From: Candidatus Micrarchaeia archaeon
GTDB taxonomy: Archaea; Micrarchaeota; Micrarchaeia; CAILAH01
Length of the DNA: 64,000 bases
Assembly: GCA_038874595.1 (NCBI GenBank)
Contig: JAVZCB010000003.1
Span: 59,332 to 123,331 of the forward strand
Direction: 5' to 3'
The first letter of the stretch is position 1, and each line of letters opens with the position of its first letter. The translations under genes were made by a program, and so were the position numbers. Shown piece after piece: positions 60,299 to 64,000 of this stretch. The notes beneath the pieces are model-generated. The model saw nothing but the letters and a program-made list of their open reading frames with translations, ran no database searches and was not told where the DNA came from.

Positions 60299-61384
60299 TT
60301 ATTTTGCAAAAATCTGGATTACATCCCCATCCATAACTACGTGGTTAAGACCTACACGCTGGCTCCTGAACTTTGCGCTCGGTCCCGTTACGATTGCATA
60401 CTTGAAATTCTTCCTTAAATCCCGGTGTATTGAGATGCACACATCTTCAACTGTTGACCCGCTTTTTATTACGAGCGGCTCATCATAATCAACCCCTTCA
60501 AACCTGGATTTTGTGTACACCCTGATTAGCTCAAGTTTTTGGAATAGTGCTTCCTTGAATTCCTCAATCCCTTTACCTGACTCTGCCGACATCGGTATAA
60601 ACTCCCCGCATTTCTCCCTGAGCTGCTCTAGGTATTTCTCGTTTACCAAATCAGTCTTGTTTACAACCCTTAGAGATTTTGAATAAACCCTGTTTCCCAC
60701 AATGACATCAATCAGGTCATCCTGTGTAATGCTCTCCCTTATTATGACATCTGCGCTGTGTACACCATACACACCGAGGATATCAGCAATCATCTTATCG
60801 TCAAGCCTGGGTGTTTGCACCGTCCTGCTTATGCTGAGCCCCCCAGTATCCCTCTTTTTAATTACGACGTCAGGCTTTTTCTTGTCTAGCCGTATCCCTA
60901 CATCGTTCAGCTCTTCCACCAGCCCGTCAAATTCGGGGTTGAAAACATCAACAAATAACACAATCAGGTCTGCGCTGCGAGCAACTGCAAGCACCTCTTT
61001 TCCCCTCCCAGTCCCTTTTGATGCGCCCCTTAATATCCCTGGCAGGTCCAACAGCTGTATTTTTGCGCCCTTATACTCTATCAATCCAGGCACGACATCT
61101 AGCGTGGTAAATGCATACGCTGCCGATTTTGATTTTGCGTTTGTGACTTTTGATAGCAGTGTGGATTTTCCTGTTGATGGATAGCCGATTAGTGCCACGC
61201 GTGCGTCCCCGCCTTTCTTGATATCAAACCCGCCGCCACCGCCACCACCTTTCTTTGATATCGCCTGTGCTTTCAGCTTTGCAATCTTTGCTTTCAATAG
61301 CCCGATATGGTGCTCGGTGGCCTTGTTATACTGTGTCCTTCTGATTTCCTCTTCAATCTCTCTTATTTTCTCCTGTATTCCCAT
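60299..61384 (-). CDS. drg: DRG-family GTPase (OBG superfamily, TGS domain)
   Basis: TQYNKATEHH, GYPSTGKST, AYAFTT, DLPG, NKTD, QRVGLNH. Confidence 0.95.
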   Translation of the reverse strand: MGIQEKIREIEEEIRRTQYNKATEHHIGLLKAKIAKLKAQAISKKGGGGGGGFDIKKGGDARVALIGYPSTGKSTLLSKVTNAKSKSAAYAFTTLDVVPGLIEYKGAKIQLLDLPGILRGASKGTGRGKEVLAVARSADLIVLFVDVFNPEFDGLVEELNDVGIRLDKKKPDVVIKKRDTGGLSISRTVQTPRLDDKMIADILGVYGVHSADVIIRESITQDDLIDVIVGNRVYSKSLRVVNKTDLVNEKYLEQLREKCGEFIPMSAESGKGIEEFKEALFQKLELIRVYTKSRFEGVDYDEPLVIKSGSTVEDVCISIHRDLRKNFKYAIVTGPSAKFRSQRVGLNHVVMDGDVIQIFAK

Positions 61385-61493
61385 ATCGGCTCTTATTATC
61401 CAAAACCATATTTTTAAGGTTGAGATATCCAGCCCATAATCTGGTTATGGGAAACCGAAATGTATATAAATATATGACAAAATATCTCTTCTT

Positions 61494-61931
61494 ATGAGCT
61501 TTACAAAACAGGATGTTAAGAAAGTGAAAGAGGAGCGCTTTGGCAGGAAGGTTGCAAAAAAGCTTGCTAGCCTGCTTTTGGCAGCATCAATATTTACCAC
61601 CACTTCATGTGCCACGATTATTTCCCCGTTTATAGGAACAAAAACGCCAGAGGGTATGTTAAAGTCCGCAGCATGTGGCCTTGTCGCTGATGGCATAGGA
61701 GTAGCATCTATTTACTCAATCAATAGTCTACCACATGAGCCAGGGCATAAATCAACGACTGCTGAAAAATTACAACTTTATAGTGGGTTGGCTGGTTCTA
61801 TTGTGCCTGCTGTTGGATTGCTCTATTGTAGCCTGGTGGTTGGAGATCCGAAATTGTCAGATAAAAAATATGACCCGGATGCTGTAAGAAACTGGCAAAA
61901 TTACCAGCAATGGCAACAAACTCCAAAGTAA
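61494..61931 (+). CDS. Hypothetical membrane/lipoprotein
   Basis: Basic N-region, hydrophobic stretch ending TTSC, two further hydrophobic segments. Confidence 0.55.
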   Translation: MSFTKQDVKKVKEERFGRKVAKKLASLLLAASIFTTTSCATIISPFIGTKTPEGMLKSAACGLVADGIGVASIYSINSLPHEPGHKSTTAEKLQLYSGLAGSIVPAVGLLYCSLVVGDPKLSDKKYDPDAVRNWQNYQQWQQTPK

Positions 61932-62022
61932 TCTTTTTTTAATTACTCCTGTACTTTGCGGTACCTGTTTTATAGAAAATTTTATATACTAAATATACCA
62001 GAATTTATGCGCCGGTGGTATA

Positions 62023-62871
62023 GTGCAACATATGAGGCATAAGAAAGCCAGCACACTTTCAAAGGAAAATATTAACTCCTTATTAGGCGATTTATTGCTT
62101 GATGACTGCAGGATGTCCAAATCCAAAGTTACCTATATCTCCTACTCACTTTCACGGGCATACTTTTCAGAATCAGATGTGCATACCAAAACCACCATCA
62201 TAACCGTACTTTCACAGCTTTATGAGCAGGGCCTGCTGCGCCACATCCCAAAGCCGATAGTTGGAGGGCTGTTACTGAACAATGATGATGCGTACCAGCT
62301 GTTTTCATTATTATCCAGGCATTCACCATCACTGTTTGCAAACAAGATTATTCAGCTCCTTAACTGTGAGCGAATAACACCTGAAAATCAGAGGGTATTG
62401 TTTAATATTCTTGAGAACCTCGTGAGCAATAATGAGGTTAATCTTAAGTATTCACTTTTCTCTGATATGCTGCATTCAGCGGTTGAGCAGTTTGCACTCT
62501 CCAACCAGCCACAAATATCCTGTGAGGAAGATTGCATTACCACTGAGAAGCTGTCCAGGAAAGCAGAACTTATCTCGAAGATTGTAAAGTATTATAGTAT
62601 TCGCAACAGTGACCAATTAACATATTGTTTTTTGCTGCACCAGCTTGTCGATAGGCGGTTTTTCAGTCATATGGTGGAAACAGTAAAGAACTCAAATATT
62701 ACAGACGGCGCGCGGGTGAGCATGTTCGTTGGGTTATACCTATACTTGGACTGGTACTCAAAAATTAAGAAAATGGAAAAGGACGAGTTTATAGGGATAA
62801 TGGAACATATCTACAAATACCTGCTGGAAGAATTCAACATATTCGTTTTCGTGCCACGCAGTCATCTTTGA
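62023..62871 (+). CDS. Hypothetical alpha-helical (ARM/HEAT-like) protein
   Basis: Leu-rich helical ORF; TTTTATATA upstream. Confidence 0.55.
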   Translation: MQHMRHKKASTLSKENINSLLGDLLLDDCRMSKSKVTYISYSLSRAYFSESDVHTKTTIITVLSQLYEQGLLRHIPKPIVGGLLLNNDDAYQLFSLLSRHSPSLFANKIIQLLNCERITPENQRVLFNILENLVSNNEVNLKYSLFSDMLHSAVEQFALSNQPQISCEEDCITTEKLSRKAELISKIVKYYSIRNSDQLTYCFLLHQLVDRRFFSHMVETVKNSNITDGARVSMFVGLYLYLDWYSKIKKMEKDEFIGIMEHIYKYLLEEFNIFVFVPRSHL

Positions 62872-62925
62872 TTGCGGAAAGTAATGTTTAAATTTTAGTT
62901 TTAAGATGAGTATAGCCGTGCTTAT

Positions 62926-63525
62926 ATGAAATCCGCAAAAGAGCTGCTTGCCGATTTGAGGCACGAAGACCCAAACATCCGCGCATCAGCAGTGCTTATT
63001 TTGGGAATCATTGGAAAGGAGACAGACAAGTTAATCCCGAAATTCTTGGAGATGACATATGACCCAAGCGCAATGGTGCGCTTTAATGCGATAAATTCCC
63101 TCGGGTCAATATGTAAAGACGCATCAGTGATTCTCCCCCGCATTATAGACATATTAAAGGACGCTAACGAGGACAACAATGTCCGCATTACCGCTCTTGA
63201 TGTGCTTAAGGGATTAAAAAGTGATGCATTGCCGGCTGTGCCATACATACTCCCGCTTACATATCACCCGCACATCGAGCTTTCAATACGTGCGATGGCG
63301 GCGCTCAAACGGATATGCGGCACCAGCGATACCAACGAGGTTGAGAAAATAATCAGGGATATGGAAAACCGCCCTGAAAAAGATAACGCTTCAAAACGCA
63401 CACATAAAACCTGTATGCGCACCTCACAAAAATGTGTCGATGAATCCTCTTATAAAATTATGAAGGCGTTTAGAAAGAAAAAGCATGGCCAAGCCTATAA
63501 AGTCCCCAAGAGCAGGATTAAATGA
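62926..63525 (+). CDS. HEAT-repeat protein
   Basis: DPNIRASAVLILG, SAMVRFNAINSLG, NNVRITALDVL; basic C-terminal tail. Confidence 0.8.
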   Translation: MKSAKELLADLRHEDPNIRASAVLILGIIGKETDKLIPKFLEMTYDPSAMVRFNAINSLGSICKDASVILPRIIDILKDANEDNNVRITALDVLKGLKSDALPAVPYILPLTYHPHIELSIRAMAALKRICGTSDTNEVEKIIRDMENRPEKDNASKRTHKTCMRTSQKCVDESSYKIMKAFRKKKHGQAYKVPKSRIK

Positions 63526-63589
63526 GCTCTTTCATCTCTTCTACAGTTTCGATAAGGTTTATATATTTTATCCATTTTAACATACTCAC

Positions 63590-63620
63590 TCCGTTATTAC
63601 CGCCTGAGGCGGGAGGACGT
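63590..63620 (+). promoter_or_regulatory. Putative L1 autoregulatory mRNA leader overlapping the Shine-Dalgarno
   Basis: CCGTTATTACCGCC-TGA-GGCGGGAGGACG resembles both strands of the 23S L1-binding site. Confidence 0.55.
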
Positions 63621-63624
63621 TTAC

Positions 63625-64000
63625 ATGATAGACAACAAATCCTTAAAGGCAGCAATAGAAGAAGTGCTCAAGGAAAAGGGCAAGCGCAAGTTCAAGCAGA
63701 CTGTTGACTTGAGCATTAATTTTAGGGGGATAGACTTCAACAAGCCAGAGAATAGGCTTAACCTGGAAGTCCCGCTTCCAAAAGGCAGGGGCAAGCAAGT
63801 TAAGGTGGCAGTGTTTGCTGATGGGCAGGGCGGCACAGATGCAAAGAAGGCGGGTGCGGACCTCGTGCTCGGCAGTGATGCCATCGAGAAATACTCAAAG
63901 GATAAGATTGCATTGAAGAAGCTTGCAAACGAGTACACGTTCCTTGCAGAGCCGAAGCTTATGGTCAATATAGGTAAATCGCTCGGTGCAGTGCTGGGCG
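63625..64000 (+). CDS. rpl1: 50S ribosomal protein L1, N-terminal part (runs off the window edge)
   Basis: Manual translation MIDNKSLKAAIEEVLKEKGKRKFKQTVDLSINFRGIDFNKPENRLNLEVPLPKGRGKQVKVAVFA. Confidence 0.95.
   Translation, partial: MIDNKSLKAAIEEVLKEKGKRKFKQTVDLSINFRGIDFNKPENRLNLEVPLPKGRGKQVKVAVFADGQGGTDAKKAGADLVLGSDAIEKYSKDKIALKKLANEYTFLAEPKLMVNIGKSLGAVLG

Overview
Archaeal chromosomal window with an archaeal-type 16S/23S rRNA, BHB-type RNA introns, thermosome, Sec61beta, RtcB and archaeal L1. It is probably a DPANN/Micrarchaeota-like organism, inferred from the divergent rRNA and non-canonical tRNA introns. (1) 1-18.1 kb is a surface-glycan locus, AT-rich on the left, with pseB-pseC-pseI, a formyltransferase, folD, an SpsF-type cytidylyltransferase, glycosyltransferases, methyltransferases, a kinase and a flippase. 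(2) 18.3-24.1 kb is a minus-strand 16S-tRNA-Ala-23S operon with no linked 5S. The 16S carries a 511-nt LAGLIDADG-ORF intron and two 43-48 nt inserts. The spacer tRNA-Ala(UGC) is circularly permuted (3' half upstream of 5' half) and also has a T-loop intron. The 23S has unusual peptidyl-transferase-centre bases. (3) 27.9-35.2 kb is a seven-gene operon resembling a minimal type IV secretion/DNA-transfer machine: VirB2-like pilin, two paralogous VirB4-N-like membrane proteins, a VirB4/HerA-family ATPase and three unknowns. (4) 36.4-45.2 kb is an operon with a predicted beta-barrel-like secreted protein and two invasin/Ig-repeat surface proteins. (5) 45-64 kb is mostly housekeeping. All four tRNA genes found are interrupted, and tRNA-Ser(CGA) has three introns. 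The strongest candidates for novelty are the permuted tRNA-Ala with a fossil of its origin, the T4SS-like operon, the beta-barrel/invasin operon, and a twin-hairpin micro-element in RNA loops. All calls are by eye from the sequence; no database searches were run.
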